Shown here: one piece after another, positions 41,023 through 53,065 of the stretch
Layout of the letters: each line of letters starts with the position of its first letter
Numbering within the stretch: the stretch's first letter is position 1
DNA from: Octopus vulgaris
Taxonomy: Eukaryota
Direction of reading: 5' to 3'
Assembly: GCA_951406725.2 (NCBI GenBank)
Contig: OX597819.1
Coordinates: forward strand, 30,132,001 to 30,196,000
DNA length: 64,000 nucleotides
Translations under genes and position numbers: made by a program
The notes under the pieces: model-generated
The model's database searches: none
What the model was told of the DNA's origin: nothing
The model's input: only the letters and a program-made list of their open reading frames with translations

Positions 41023-41498
41023 CAATAGTGGATCCTGCAAACATAATAAATACACAGGTAATTAAAGAAATAGAAATGAATATCTATATGTGTATATATG
41101 TGTGTATATATGTATATATATGTATATGTATATGTATATGTATGTATATATATATATGTATATGTATATTCTTTTTTTTTTTTTCGATTAGATTTATTAT
41201 TATTATTACTAATATTGTTGTTATACATACATACAAGCATATGTAATGATAATAATGGGTGGATGTAAACACATGAACAAAATTAGAACAAAAGCAACAA
41301 CAACAAAAACAAAATACAAATTACAAGAATGTATATAACCAGAAGATACAAATATTACAGGCATCCCCCCCACACACACACTAAATAAACATAGACGCAC
41401 ATAGAGATATAAGCATGCGCAAATGAAGACATACAATAGAAATACAAAATGGCTGACGGTTAGTAAGGAGAGACACAAGTAAGTGAGAAGAAAACAAA

Positions 41499-41543
41499 GG
41501 ACCACTGATGCGGTCACAGGAGTGTGACGAAAGAACTTTGGCC
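41499..41543 (+). ncRNA. Minimal hammerhead ribozyme motif downstream of the Penelope ORF
   Basis: GGACCA-CTGATGC-G-GTCACA-GGAG-TGTGAC-GAAA-GAACTT-TGGCC. Core A9 is replaced by C; stems I and II pair. Confidence 0.55.
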
Positions 41544-41657
41544 GAAATAAGATTAAGATTAATGTAAAAAATAAATATCACTGAAGCAAAATAACACCAA
41601 ATATATAGTGCGTGTGTTTTTATTGGCTAAACTGGCAATATGACCATTCCGAAATAT

Positions 41658-41749
<92 letters not shown>

Positions 41750-41751
<2 letters not shown>

Positions 41752-41940
41752 GTGTCTGTGTTTGTCCCCACACCATCGCTTGACACCGTTGTTGGTGTGT
41801 TTATGTCCCCATAACGTAGCGGTTCGGCAAAAGAGACTAGACTTACAAAGAATAAGTCCTGGGGATGATTTGTTCAACAAAACGCAGTGCTCCAGCATGG
41901 CCGCTGCCAAATAACTGAAACGAGTAAATGAATAAAAGAA
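41750..41940 (+). mobile_element. SINE family B, 3' half
   Basis: Matches 35065-35275. Confidence 0.8.
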
Positions 41941-42436
41941 TGTGTGTGTGTGAGTGTGTGTGTGTGTACGTGCGTGCGTGTGCGTGTGAAAATATCGTAG
42001 AAGTGTAGTGGCTATGAATTTTATTTGAGTAACGAGGAAAGAGAAGACGAGACTACATCTCAATAGTTAAACAGGATGTGTGTTGGTTTTAATTGCGTTG
42101 AATAATATTTGTTGAATTAATTAAGATTATGAAAATAAAGTCAAGAGTTTATAACGCTTTCATTATGTGTCACTCCCAATTGTTTAAATAAAATCAAGAA
42201 TCTCCGTACCGAATCTTGTCCGATGTTATTGTTTCGTATTAACATTTATATATTCTTTACGAAGATTGAGGAAAACCCAGAAATGGGGTGTGTTAATATG
42301 TTTTCTCAGTATTACTATGGCAGTATGGTATACATTTGATACATGAATGAGCAAAGTGATAATCAAGTTGAACAGTATATAGCATAGCTCAATTAGTTGC
42401 GCAAATCTCAGCAACTAGAAAACGATGTAGTAGTGT

Positions 42437-42753
42437 TTTTTTTTTTTTTTTTTTTGTTCCTTCTCGAGCCATGCCTGGCTCATAAGGGCCGGTTTCCCGG
42501 TTTCATTGGCGTATAGGTTCCCCACCTGGACAGAAAGCCGGTCCGTCGCAGGTGAGCTGCAAGATGCAGGAGGAAAGAGTCAGAGAAAGTTGTGGCGAAA
42601 GAGTCAGCAGAAGTTCGCCATTACCTTCTGCTGGACCCGCGTGGAGCTTAGGTGTTTCGCTCATAAACACACACATCGCTCGGTTTGAGATTCGAACCCG
42701 CGATCCCTCGACCGCGAGTCCGCTGTTCTAGCCACGAGGCCATATGCCTCCAC
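42437..42753 (-). mobile_element. tRNA(Arg)-like SINE family D with poly(A) tail
   Basis: Minus-strand A/B boxes (GGTTCGAATC) with a TCG anticodon-like loop, A-tail, and a perfect 12-bp TSD ATGTAGTAGTGT (42425-42436 and 42754-42765). Confidence 0.9.
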
Positions 42754-43563
42754 ATGTAGTAGTGTAGGACATGTTCGCATCTAGAGCGACATACAAGTTA
42801 ATAAAAATAACAGCTAAATTTATTTCAAACCACACTTTACTGTCTTAAAAAGGAAGAATGCCGATTATCATAGGTCTAATCAATCACAAGCCGAACCGGA
42901 GATAAACCACAATAATCACGAGCGAATTTGTCGGGTACATGTGTTCTTTTAGTTAGATTACGGGATTGTTTTCGGAGAGTAGCCCAAATCTGTTCTTGTC
43001 TCTTGATATAACCTTGTTACTTAACTCATGCAGTGTACATATTACAGAGATACTCTGTGATAAATCTGTTGTCAGATTAGACAAAATTAATGCATATCGT
43101 AAATCTACCGATGCAATTCAACAGTTACTCGGAATCAATGTTTCTAATCAAGAGATGACACAGCTGTATTGATCAGAAGCTGCGGCATAATTAAACGGAA
43201 TGTTTCCCATTGAAAAGGGCAATGAAACTGAGTAAGTCGAAGAGAACATGACCATGCTATTAGCTATAAAAGTGAATGGCATGTTCAAAGCTGCTGGACA
43301 TTAATATGTTACAGAGAGTAAAGATGTATTTTTGTGGTGGACAAAGCAAGGGAATTTGCTAATTTACACTCACGAAGGTTTTAAAAACTAATAAAACTTA
43401 CTGTTATGACTTTTGCTATGAGATAGTTATTATAATAAATATGCTGTGACATGAGAATTTGATTTTGTTCTATATTAGCCTTTCAAACTTCTTCGGATAA
43501 TTATTGGTAAATTAACCTCGCATTTTCATTCGGCTGGTTTTCTGCAATTGCGAAATGAAAAAC

Positions 43564-43978
43564 GGATCTTTTCGGTTTGAACGGCAGTTTTTAAACATAA
43601 TTTCTAGGTAACTAAAAAATTTTAAACTTCGTATACTGGTAGAATGTGTTTATAAAACATCTTTTTCTCTTGGCTTTATTGAGAAAATTCTATAGTTTGT
43701 AAGATATTTGTTGTTGTTTTTCTTCAATTTCTGTAATTTCAACCAATCACTGACGTCTATTGAGGTAAAAAACATCCTGTGCTGTATGAATATGTGCCTC
43801 GTTTAAGAAACAGATTGGGTTTATTTACATTTGTGAAGAAAAAAGATACCCTTCCCCCAACCCCTAACCCTAACTAAAACAGATTGAAATGCGATAGATC
43901 GATACTTGGGTCATAATTATGGGTGACAATTTCATATGACACCGCTAGAAAAAACTGCTGTTCAAACCAAAAAGATCC
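43564..43978 (+). mobile_element. MITE copy 3 (Merlin-like, telomeric repeats)
   Basis: 29-bp TIRs; perfect 8-bp TSD TGAAAAAC. Confidence 0.95.
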
Positions 43979-44237
43979 TGAAAAACTGAGTATGTTAAGC
44001 TGTGTTTTAATATCAAATTTGACGCTTAAATCTTAAGCTATAACTACCGAACCAAGTTTGTATTTCTATATTGTCATTTATATGCTACAATTTCGTTTTA
44101 GTAGCGATTAAATAAAGAAACTCAAATCAAAACTCTTACTTCATCTTTTACTTGCGTCTTCAACTTAAGAAATTATTTAAGGAGTAAGAAACTTCACTTA
44201 TTTACAAAATCTTCTTCGGTATTACTTTAGTCAATTA

Positions 44238-44625
44238 AGGCGGCGATCTGGTAGAATCGTTAGCATGCCGGGCAGAAAGCTTAGCGGTATTTCGTCTGCC
44301 GTTACGTTCTGAGTTCAAATTCCGCCGAGGTCGACTTTGCCTTTCATCCTTTCGGGGTTGATGAATTAAGTACCAGTTTCGCACTGGGGTCGATGTAATC
44401 CACTTGATCCGTTTGTCTGTCCTTGTTTGTCCTCTCTGTGTTTAGCCCCTTGTGGGTAGTAAAGAAATAGGTATTTCGTCTTTACATTCTTAGTTCAAAT
44501 GCTGCCGAGGTTGACTTTGCCTTTCATCTTTTCCGGGTGGATAAAGTAAGTTCCAGCTGAGTACTGGGGTCGATGTAATCGACTTACACCGCTCCCACGA
44601 AATTGCTGGCCTTGTGTCAGTAATT
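44238..44625 (+). mobile_element. SINE family A, dimeric copy
   Basis: Full monomer to ...GTAAAGAAATA followed by a GGTATTTCGTC partial monomer. Confidence 0.88.
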
Positions 44626-44639
44626 TCGAGGGAGGGAGT

Positions 44640-44782
44640 AAGCTGGAACTTATTTTATCGACCCGGAAAGTATGAAAGGCAAAGTCGACCTCGGCAGTAT
44701 TTGAGGTAAGAACGTAAAGGCGGACGAAATGCCGCTAAGCACTCTGCCTGGCATGATAATGCTTCTGCCAGCTCGCTGCCTT
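44640..44782 (-). mobile_element. SINE family A, inverted next to the previous copy
   Basis: Reverse-complement head and core. Confidence 0.82.
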
Positions 44783-44813
44783 AATAATGATGATGATGTT
44801 GATGATGATGATA

Positions 44814-44887
<74 letters not shown>

Positions 44888-44894
44888 AACAACA

Positions 44895-46800
44895 ACATTT
44901 TTCTCATTAACCACTAAGAGTTTACAAAACGATCGAGGGCAGTACAGTAGGATACAATGCATATTAGAGTTATATAAATGGATGTAAACAGTAAAATAAC
45001 AGAAACCAAAAAATAAAAGAAATATTTTCGCCAGATGAGGGAAGACTTCCGGAGCTGCTCGTGGAAACCCCACAAAACTACGGTGTTCCTAACCGGTAGG
45101 GCAAGTACCCTCTGCCTACCCTCTACTCCTAATCTACAGGTCCATACTAAGTGCAAACTCCTTCAGTCGGACCATCCTTACCACTCTCATCCACAGTTCA
45201 GCAAAATTACTTGAAGGCAGCACTTCTCTCTTCACCCTCAAATTCTGTTTCCTATGATTCTCGATAAAGATGGCAAGTGCTTGGCTAAATGGCTTCCTAT
45301 GAAACTTGAAAAAGATGATAAGGGCTTAGCTAAAGGTATTTACCTTCAGCCTTTTCAGTCTACTCCACCACACAATCCCTTTTGTTAAGACCATCAGACA
45401 GATAAAGACATGTCGTCCTATGCGCGACTACTGGTGTTTAAAATAACTTCATAAGACACATCCATTATCTTAGATCCTGTTCAATGCCTGTTCATCCCTG
45501 TATATCACTGACGAGATGAAGATAACTCGATTGCATGTAAAAGAGCTTAGTCGCTCTGCGCGCATCTCAGGTAGGTCCGTTTGACAGTACTTCCATGCCT
45601 ATAGAGTTTATCTCGAATTGGCAGTTCACCCCAACAATCGAAAGTACTGTCAGGATAGGGATTACTAGAAATTATTTAAGGACTCCGTCCCGAAAGTTCC
45701 TCTGAAATACACTAGCCAGTTGACACTAGTCGACAACCAGATACTTCTCGAGAACGTTGTTGCTCTTGCTTGCCACTAACCCTCTATAGAAATATAAAAC
45801 AAAACTTTCAGCGAGCGCATTGCCCGACTGGTCGAGGGCTATGAACACCTAACGGCACTCTAGGTGCCAAGCGTCCTGTCCCAGTCAACATTTGATCCAG
45901 GACTACAGCTCTATCAAAGAGAAGAGTGGTAGAAAAGCAAGTCTAACAAACGGTAGCCACATATGACCACCGCCAAGGAAACGATGGAGATATCGCAACC
46001 TTAGTGCGTGTTTGTGCATCATCAGTTACGACATGTCTAGTCACCCACTCAATGAGTGTTAACGGCAAATACAGCGCCTGATCAATGGAATGTGTCCTTA
46101 TCAAATAAATCGGAAGAATGGGCGTTACATGCAATCGTTCAATGCCTGAGCATTGCTGACTTATGAACTGAGGCAAGGCACGACAGTCAGACGATAATAT
46201 ATGACGGAGGCGATGTAAGCGTTTTCCACCTCAGCCCGATCTCTCGGCGACAGCTTTTTTTCTGGGTGAGATAGGCTTCTCTGATAGTCATTTCATCCCA
46301 ATTTTTCTCCACATAAAGTCCTTGACCAAACCATATCCAAGCGGTCCCTCCGTCCAACAAACCACAACGCTGTTGGACAGCATGGACTGCACACCCCCTT
46401 TTCTTGATTGGTTTTTGCTCCTGTCACAGCCACATAGTCCTTTACAGCAGCGCTGATTACTTTGATATGCCTAGTGTCCAACACTTTACGGTGACATCTT
46501 CCGCGTATGCCGACACGGTTCTTCCATATCCTAGGTTCCTAACTTCTGCTATCATAGCTCAAGAGTCAATACATACAGAAGAGATGGAACAGCTTTGACT
46601 GACCGAACACATGATACTGAATGGTTGCTGGTCGACTTGGACATAAGTAAACTGCGTATACACCAGAAATGGCATGAAGTCTTGTGGATCGGAATCTTTG
46701 GTCTCGCAGGTCACCACATATATATATCGAGTGACTTGAGGTAGTCGAGCAGGCGGCCTTGCTTCCAAGGTGACTCCAAGCTATGTGCATTCATACTACC
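44895..46800 (-). mobile_element. L1/Tx1-like LINE ORF2 remnant (APE endonuclease start joined to the RT 3' half)
   Basis: Minus strand: GSMNAHSL...DIYVVTCETK (endonuclease N-terminus); SAYAEDVT then Y..VTGAKTN..K (RT). T-rich 3' UTR. Confidence 0.7.
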
Positions 46801-47419
46801 TATTCTGTGCATTCATACTACCTATTCATGATGAACAGAAGAAAAAAGATTAAAAAAGACCAATTGCCTTATTCCTATTGAAGGACGTATTTCGTCCTTC
46901 CGGCTGGATGTGGGTGCTTTCAGTAGCATTTTTATTTTGTCTCTTAAAAACGTTGTATGTTGTGATATCGAGATGACTTTGATGTGTAATAGAATGCCAT
47001 TAGTTAACGTCATGTAGTTAGTTATTGTGTGTGATACTTGTATGTAGGTGTATGCGATCCATTAGTTCTTTAATGTTTGTGCTTATGATTGGGTAGTTAA
47101 TATCTTTTTGTTCGTTATAGAGTGTGTGAACTGATTGTTGTTGTGTATGTGATTTATCTTTTAGTTATCGGTCTTAATTTTTCAAAGGACAGTGAAAGTC
47201 AGTTCTTTGTCCTTCTCTTTATTTTCTTCTTTAATTTTCTGGCGAGCAGCGCCGTTGTTGTTTGGAAGAGATTTCTCCTTCTCTTCATTTAATCTTTTTA
47301 AGTTGACTTAGAATTCAAGAGGGGATTTGTTTCCCGCTTTTGTGTTTCCTCCAGTGTTTGAGCATTTCCTTTGCAACTGCTACAAATTTCTAGTCACCCA
47401 ACATTATAGTGGTGTTAAT

Positions 47420-47630
47420 GGTGGCGAACTGGCAGAATTATAAACACGCTGGTCAAGATGTTTAGCGTAATATTGTCCGTCCTTACGTCTTGAGTTCAAA
47501 TTCTGCTGGGGTCGACTCTGCCTTTTATCATTTCGGGTCGGTAAAACTAAGTACCAATTGTGCACTGGGGTCGATTTAATCGACTTACCTTCTCTGAATT
47601 TGCTGGCATAGGGCCAAAATTTGAAACCAA
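47420..47630 (+). mobile_element. SINE family A, diverged
   Basis: GGTGGCGAACTGGCAGAA head and core. Confidence 0.75.
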
Positions 47631-48559
47631 TACCATTCTTGTTTCTAGAACTGGCACAATGCAATTTCCCCTCACTCCCAGTATTTTGATTGATGATGAC
47701 CAGGAAACTGGAGTTTGTTGCTCTTGTTGTTCTTGGATGACTTTCTTTACTCATTTTCTTGGGTAACGTTCGTTAAAATTCTTCAAGTAAAAGACACTTT
47801 CAAGTTCTGCAAAGTAAAAAGCTCTTACAACGACATACGTAGCAATTAGACTTTTTGCCCTGTACCATCAATTTCATGCCTCTCGTTTCAGTGCCCTTTT
47901 ACTGGACACAGTTCTGGTATGGTTTTGATTACATATCATATTTCATTAGCTCTGCTTTAACCACCCATCATACTATGATACAAAAGTAATGTCTGGCCAA
48001 GCATCCACATCGTTTCCAAAGCCCCTTATGGTCAGCCTCGTATTTTTTACTCTTTGTACTGGAACACAAGTTTAAGCTCAGCCTGAGTTTTGACTGGGTT
48101 TTCGATTTTAAAACAACAGCAAATAGTGCCATAACTTTTCTTTCGTTGGTTGAGATTTTCTTTCCTTGGTTGGGAGTATTTATCGTAGTTGCTGTCTTAA
48201 GGGTAATTCTAATCAGATATATATATTATTCCATCTCTTATGGATTATATTCTGCAGCAAATAAGCAACGTCTAATTTCAGAAAATTCTCTCCCTTTCTT
48301 TTTATTCTTGGTATTATGTTCATTCTGAATATTTCGTTTATTTTGTTTGCGTCAAAATCGAGATAGGGTTAGTTTTAATACAACCACTATGAGCGATTTA
48401 AGTGCATGAATCGCTATGGGTATCGCTGTTATTATCTTTATATTCGAACTATTTGTTAGACTGTTTGGAATATTCTACAATTAAATATTCATTATTTTCT
48501 TTTTCATGTATTTCGTTAGAATTTCTTTACTGATATAGACAGAAAAGGAATGGCTGCAC

Positions 48560-48850
48560 CATCCATGACCTTTTTCGGGATTTCTAAGATTGCAGAGAAA
48601 AAGAGAGAAAATTATTTGCAGACTGGAGACCTGACCTGAATACTTTAAACAGAGTGGAGCCTCTCAAAACATGTTATATATTTACTGATAATAGTGTTAA
48701 TATAGCATTAACATAATTTGACTGGTACAGCAAAAACTATAGTTCACTGAAGATGTCTACTAATATCGAAACATGTCCGATGTTGCCTGCCATACTTGCT
48801 GAAGTGATTAAAATAATATTAATTACTGGGCTAGTGTTATCTTTACCTTA
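48560..48850 (+). mobile_element. Penelope-like 3' remnant with degenerate hammerhead motif
   Basis: REKERKLFADWRPDLNT resembles a GIY-YIG C-terminus; CTGAAGA...GAAACATGTC at ~48748-48777. Confidence 0.4.
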
Positions 48851-48957
48851 ATACATAATTAGTTCCATAATTAGACGTTGCTGAGCTATTAATCTCTACA
48901 ATTTCAGGAATGTTTTCTCTAACTTTTTGCTGTGTGTGTGTATAGAAAACTTCTTTG

Positions 48958-49423
48958 GGATCTTTTCGGTTTGAACGGCAGTTTTTCTAGCGGTGTCATA
49001 TGAAATTCTCACCCATAATTATGACCCTAGTATCGATCTATTGCAATTCAATCTGTTTTAGGGTTAGGGTTAGTTAGGGCTAGTTAGGGTTGGTTAAGGT
49101 TAGGGTTAGGGTTTGGGTTAGGGTTAGGGGTTGGGTATCTTTTTTTTCTTCACAAATGTAAATAAACCCAATCTGTTTCTTAAACGAGGGACATATTCAT
49201 ACGGCACAGAAAGTTTTTTTTACCTCAATAGACGTCAGTGATTGGTTGAAATTGCAGAAATTGAAGAAAAAAAACAACAAATATCTTACAAACTATAGAA
49301 TTTTCTCAATAAAGCCAAGAGAAAAAGATGTTTTATAAACACATTCTATCAGTATACGAAGTTTAAATCTTTTTAGTTACCTAGAAACTATGTTGAAAAC
49401 TGCCTTTCAAACCGAAAAGATCC
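48958..49423 (-). mobile_element. MITE copy 4 (Merlin-like; longest TTAGGG tract)
   Basis: Reverse orientation; perfect 8-bp TSD CTTCTTTG; (TTAGGG)n variants at ~49057-49115. Confidence 0.95.
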
Positions 49424-49639
49424 CTTCTTTGTACAAATTTGACCTTTCTTTGCAAATTATTTGCGTAATCATCTTCAGTTACAAAACAATCTGATTTCAT
49501 CTTGAAAACCTTGTGTGCGCATAACTTTTTTTCTTTTTCAGCTCGCTGTAATACAAGTGTGTGCATACACAAGCGCACACCTCACAGAAAACACTAACAG
49601 ATCTTTTATTGGGAAGAGGTGTATATTTTATACCAGCAC

Positions 49640-49658
49640 GTTGTTGTCATTGTTGCTA

Positions 49659-49716
<58 letters not shown>

Positions 49717-49727
49717 CATCATCATCA

Positions 49728-49779
<52 letters not shown>

Positions 49780-49795
49780 CATTATTATTATTATT

Positions 49796-49828
<33 letters not shown>

Positions 49829-49865
49829 GCTGTTGTTGTTGTTGTTGTTGTTGCTGTTGTTGTTC
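49640..49865. repeat. (ATT)/(ATC)/(GTT) compound triplet repeat
   Basis: Direct inspection. Confidence 0.97.
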
Positions 49866-50174
49866 TGATGAAGCAAAAATTATGATTTAAAGGCATTCCA
49901 TCCGCGACCATCCCATCTTTTTTATGTTTAGGGAATGGAATCCAGAATTAAATTATGCAATGTGCGCTTTTCTCAAGTGGTTGGATTTGAGTTGAGAGAG
50001 ATTGGAGTACTATCTAGTATGTCGATCGACAGCTTCTATACAGGCTGATTGTAGAGAGAAAGTATTCATCTATACCAGAACATTGTAGATAAGGGTATGT
50101 TGTAAACGGAAATATACCTTTTACTAGCGAGGTATGGCTTCTATATAAATTGTAGTAAGAGCTATGTTGTAGAG

Positions 50175-50703
50175 CAGGGGTGAGGATACCTTTTAGTGCG
50201 GCGGGCAAAAATTTCCAAAGAAAAAGGTCCGCGAGCGGATCACAAGTTCTATCTCTTATATCTGTGTGAATCTTGTATATATCTATGTATAATTCGTGAC
50301 ACATTAATAAAGCTAAGTTTAAGACATTAAATTAACGCGTAACATTCTCATTAACGCCACTACTGAATTTAGGACGTTTATATTATGAGGTATTCCATAT
50401 TTTTCAGCTAGAGTGTAATTGGGTCTCAAGGGAGTGGTACAAACCTCGCAATATTTGTTTTATAGTGAAAACAAAATTTCCGTTCAAATGGCAATTACCG
50501 GACGATTTTCAGTTCGAGTATAACCGTTTTAAGTCATAGTGGAAGCACGACCTATTGTCGCAAATAGACACACGAATATTGTATAAATTTTATAATTGAA
50601 AAATTTACTATATTTTGTACATACAAGTATACCAGCCCGCGGGCACAATAAAATGGGCTCACGGGCACAATTGCGCCTGCAAGCAGGGGTTTTCCCACCC
50701 CTG
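50175..50703 (+). mobile_element. hAT-type (Charlie-like) MITE
   Basis: TIR CAGGGGTG...CACCCCTG; perfect 8-bp TSD TTGTAGAG; GC-rich subterminal GCGGGC motifs. Confidence 0.92.
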
Positions 50704-50964
50704 TTGTAGAGAGAAGTACATTGTAGAGAGAAATGGGTGGTATGGGAGATATAGCTTAGTCATGGGGTATAGATAGAGATATGGTTCCTCAACTAGCAGG
50801 TTGTTGAACAGCATAACTGTTTTCGTTCACTCTCAGTTGGCCGGTAGAATATATTAAATTATTGAATTTCTAAAGATAAATTCTGTAAACTACCATAATT
50901 TTTATTTTTTTTAGTTAACTAACATTTTTATATTTTTCGAGTATAATTTTCTAATTGTTTCAAA

Positions 50965-51889
50965 TTTCGGTACAAGGCTAGCAGTTATAAGCGAGGAGTA
51001 AGCCGATTACATCGATCCCAGTGCACAACCGATACGTATTTTATCGACCCCGAAAGGATGAAAGGAAAAGTCGACCTCGGCGGAATTTTAATTCAGCACG
51101 TAAAAAGCCGGAAAAAATGCCGTTAAGCATTTTGTTCGGTGTACTAATGATTCTGCTAGCTTGATGCTTATAACCTTTTGATAATCCCTTCTGATATAGG
51201 CACAAAGCCTGAAATTTGGGGGAATGGGGCTAACGATTACATCGACCCCAATACTCAAATGGTACTTACTTCGTCTACTCTGAAAGGTTAGAAGGCAAAG
51301 TCGGCTCGGCGACGGGTGAAACGCCGCTGAACATTTTGTCCGGCGTGCTAACGTTTCTGCCAATTCACTGCCTTATATAACCTTCTGATAATGGAGACCA
51401 TTCTATTTTATTTTGCTTCCGGCAACACAAATTTGTTTATAGTGCTAATCTATTTTTAAATTATTCTTTAAAGATAAGAACCAAAATAATACAATTTAAT
51501 AATATATTAACCATGATATCGTTTAATGAAGTAGACTATTTGAATTGTGATTGTGTTAGGCAAAATGCTACACTGCATTTAGATCCATCAATCTTGACCA
51601 TTGATGGACAGAGCACAACGCCGAGCACAATACGAACCGATGACATATTGTTTTTTCGGTCAGTGCCTTCAAATATTAATTTCAAATTTTGGCACAAAGT
51701 TAGCAAGTTCGGGGCAAGGGGTGAGTCGATTGCACCGACCTCAGTATTCAACTGGTGCATATTCTATCAACCTCGGACGGATGAAAGGCAAATTCAATTT
51801 CAGACTTTAAACTCGGAACGTAAACACGGAAGAAATGCCGCAAAGCATTTTGTCCGGCGTGCTAACGATTCTGCCAAGCTCGCTGCCTT
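50965..51889 (-). mobile_element. Three diverged SINE family A copies (~50965-51165, 51185-51375, 51685-51889)
   Basis: Each has a reverse-complement core (GAAAGG...AAAGTCGAC) and head. Confidence 0.8.
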
Positions 51890-52575
51890 AGTACCTTCAA
51901 ATATCAATGCAAAATATAGATAATCAAAAGTAACTTCAGTCTGTTGTGCCCACCACTGTAGAATAAATAATAAGTTCTTGGTCTAATGAAACAGCGAGGC
52001 AGGTTCAATTTCTCGTTGAAGTTATTTCACTTCACTTACCTTACTTACCCAAGTAAAAAAACATGAATGGTACGACACTCCATTCTTTTTCTCCCCTAAA
52101 AATATAATTCGCGTGCCTTGGCAAGTATAACTTAAGATTCTTTAATTAATACATTTGAAACAAATTCCCTGTGACATGATTTCTTAACCAATTTCGATTC
52201 GCTTTTTAGCAATTTATAATCAGTCATGTGATTTAAGTCCCACACCATTTTTAAAGTTGAGCCAATGACAGGACGTCTCTATGGTCTCTCACTCCGATAG
52301 AATTAACAACCAAATCACTCTCCTTCGAATGACAGCACCACGCAACTTTCGTTTTGATTTTGTGGCTATAAATCTAGTAATTGCTTTTAAATAAAAAGGA
52401 AACATTAAATAATATCGTTTGCAAAAAAAAAATTAAGTGATGAGATGAGCCTCGCTGGAAGATTTTCAATTGTTGTTTTATAGTTGACAATCACAGCAAC
52501 AAAAGATTCATGCTAGAGTTAAACATGTTTGAAGTATTATTCATTTAATTAAGTGTTGCTTTATTTCTTTTCAAG

Positions 52576-52793
52576 GTATGCAGCTTCGTTTTGCAAGAGA
52601 TTGTATTTCGATGTACGTGGAAGAAAAATGCATTGTGAAAAATGTGACTGCTAGTCGTAAAAAAACATCTTGCATTCGAACCTGTGACGTGGATGGCTGC
52701 AATGGAGAAGGATTAAAACTACGAGGTGGTTCATCACAGCACTGCGCATCGTTTGTCTTGATTTCCTTAACTATAATTTTAATAAATGCTTAA
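52576..52793 (+). CDS. Terminal coding exon of a GPI-anchored Ly6/uPAR three-finger (Quiver/sleepless-like) protein
   Basis: Polypyrimidine acceptor TTTCTTTTCAAG|GT (phase 1). Translates ..FARDC..EEKC..SCIRTCDVDGCN, then a small-residue spacer, a hydrophobic tail (FVLISLTIILINA) and a stop. Upstream exons were not identified. Confidence 0.8.
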
Positions 52794-52854
52794 ACAATAC
52801 AATCGTTGTTCACACTTGTCTGTTACGTTCTTGAATTTAATATATACACTACGG

Positions 52855-53065
52855 AAGGTGGCGTGCTAGCAGAATCGTTAGCAATGTCGGGCAAAATGCC
52901 TAGCGGCATTCGTCCGACGTTACGTTCTGAGTTCAAATTCCGATGAGGTCGACTTTGCTTTTCATCTTTCAGGATCGATAAAGTAAGTACCAGCTAAGCA
53001 CTTGGTCGACGTCATCGACTTGCCTTCTTCCCTAAAACTTCTGATCTTGTACCAAAATTTGAAAT
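52855..53065 (+). mobile_element. SINE family A in the presumed 3' UTR
   Basis: Head and GTCGACTTTGCTTTTCATC core. Confidence 0.82.
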
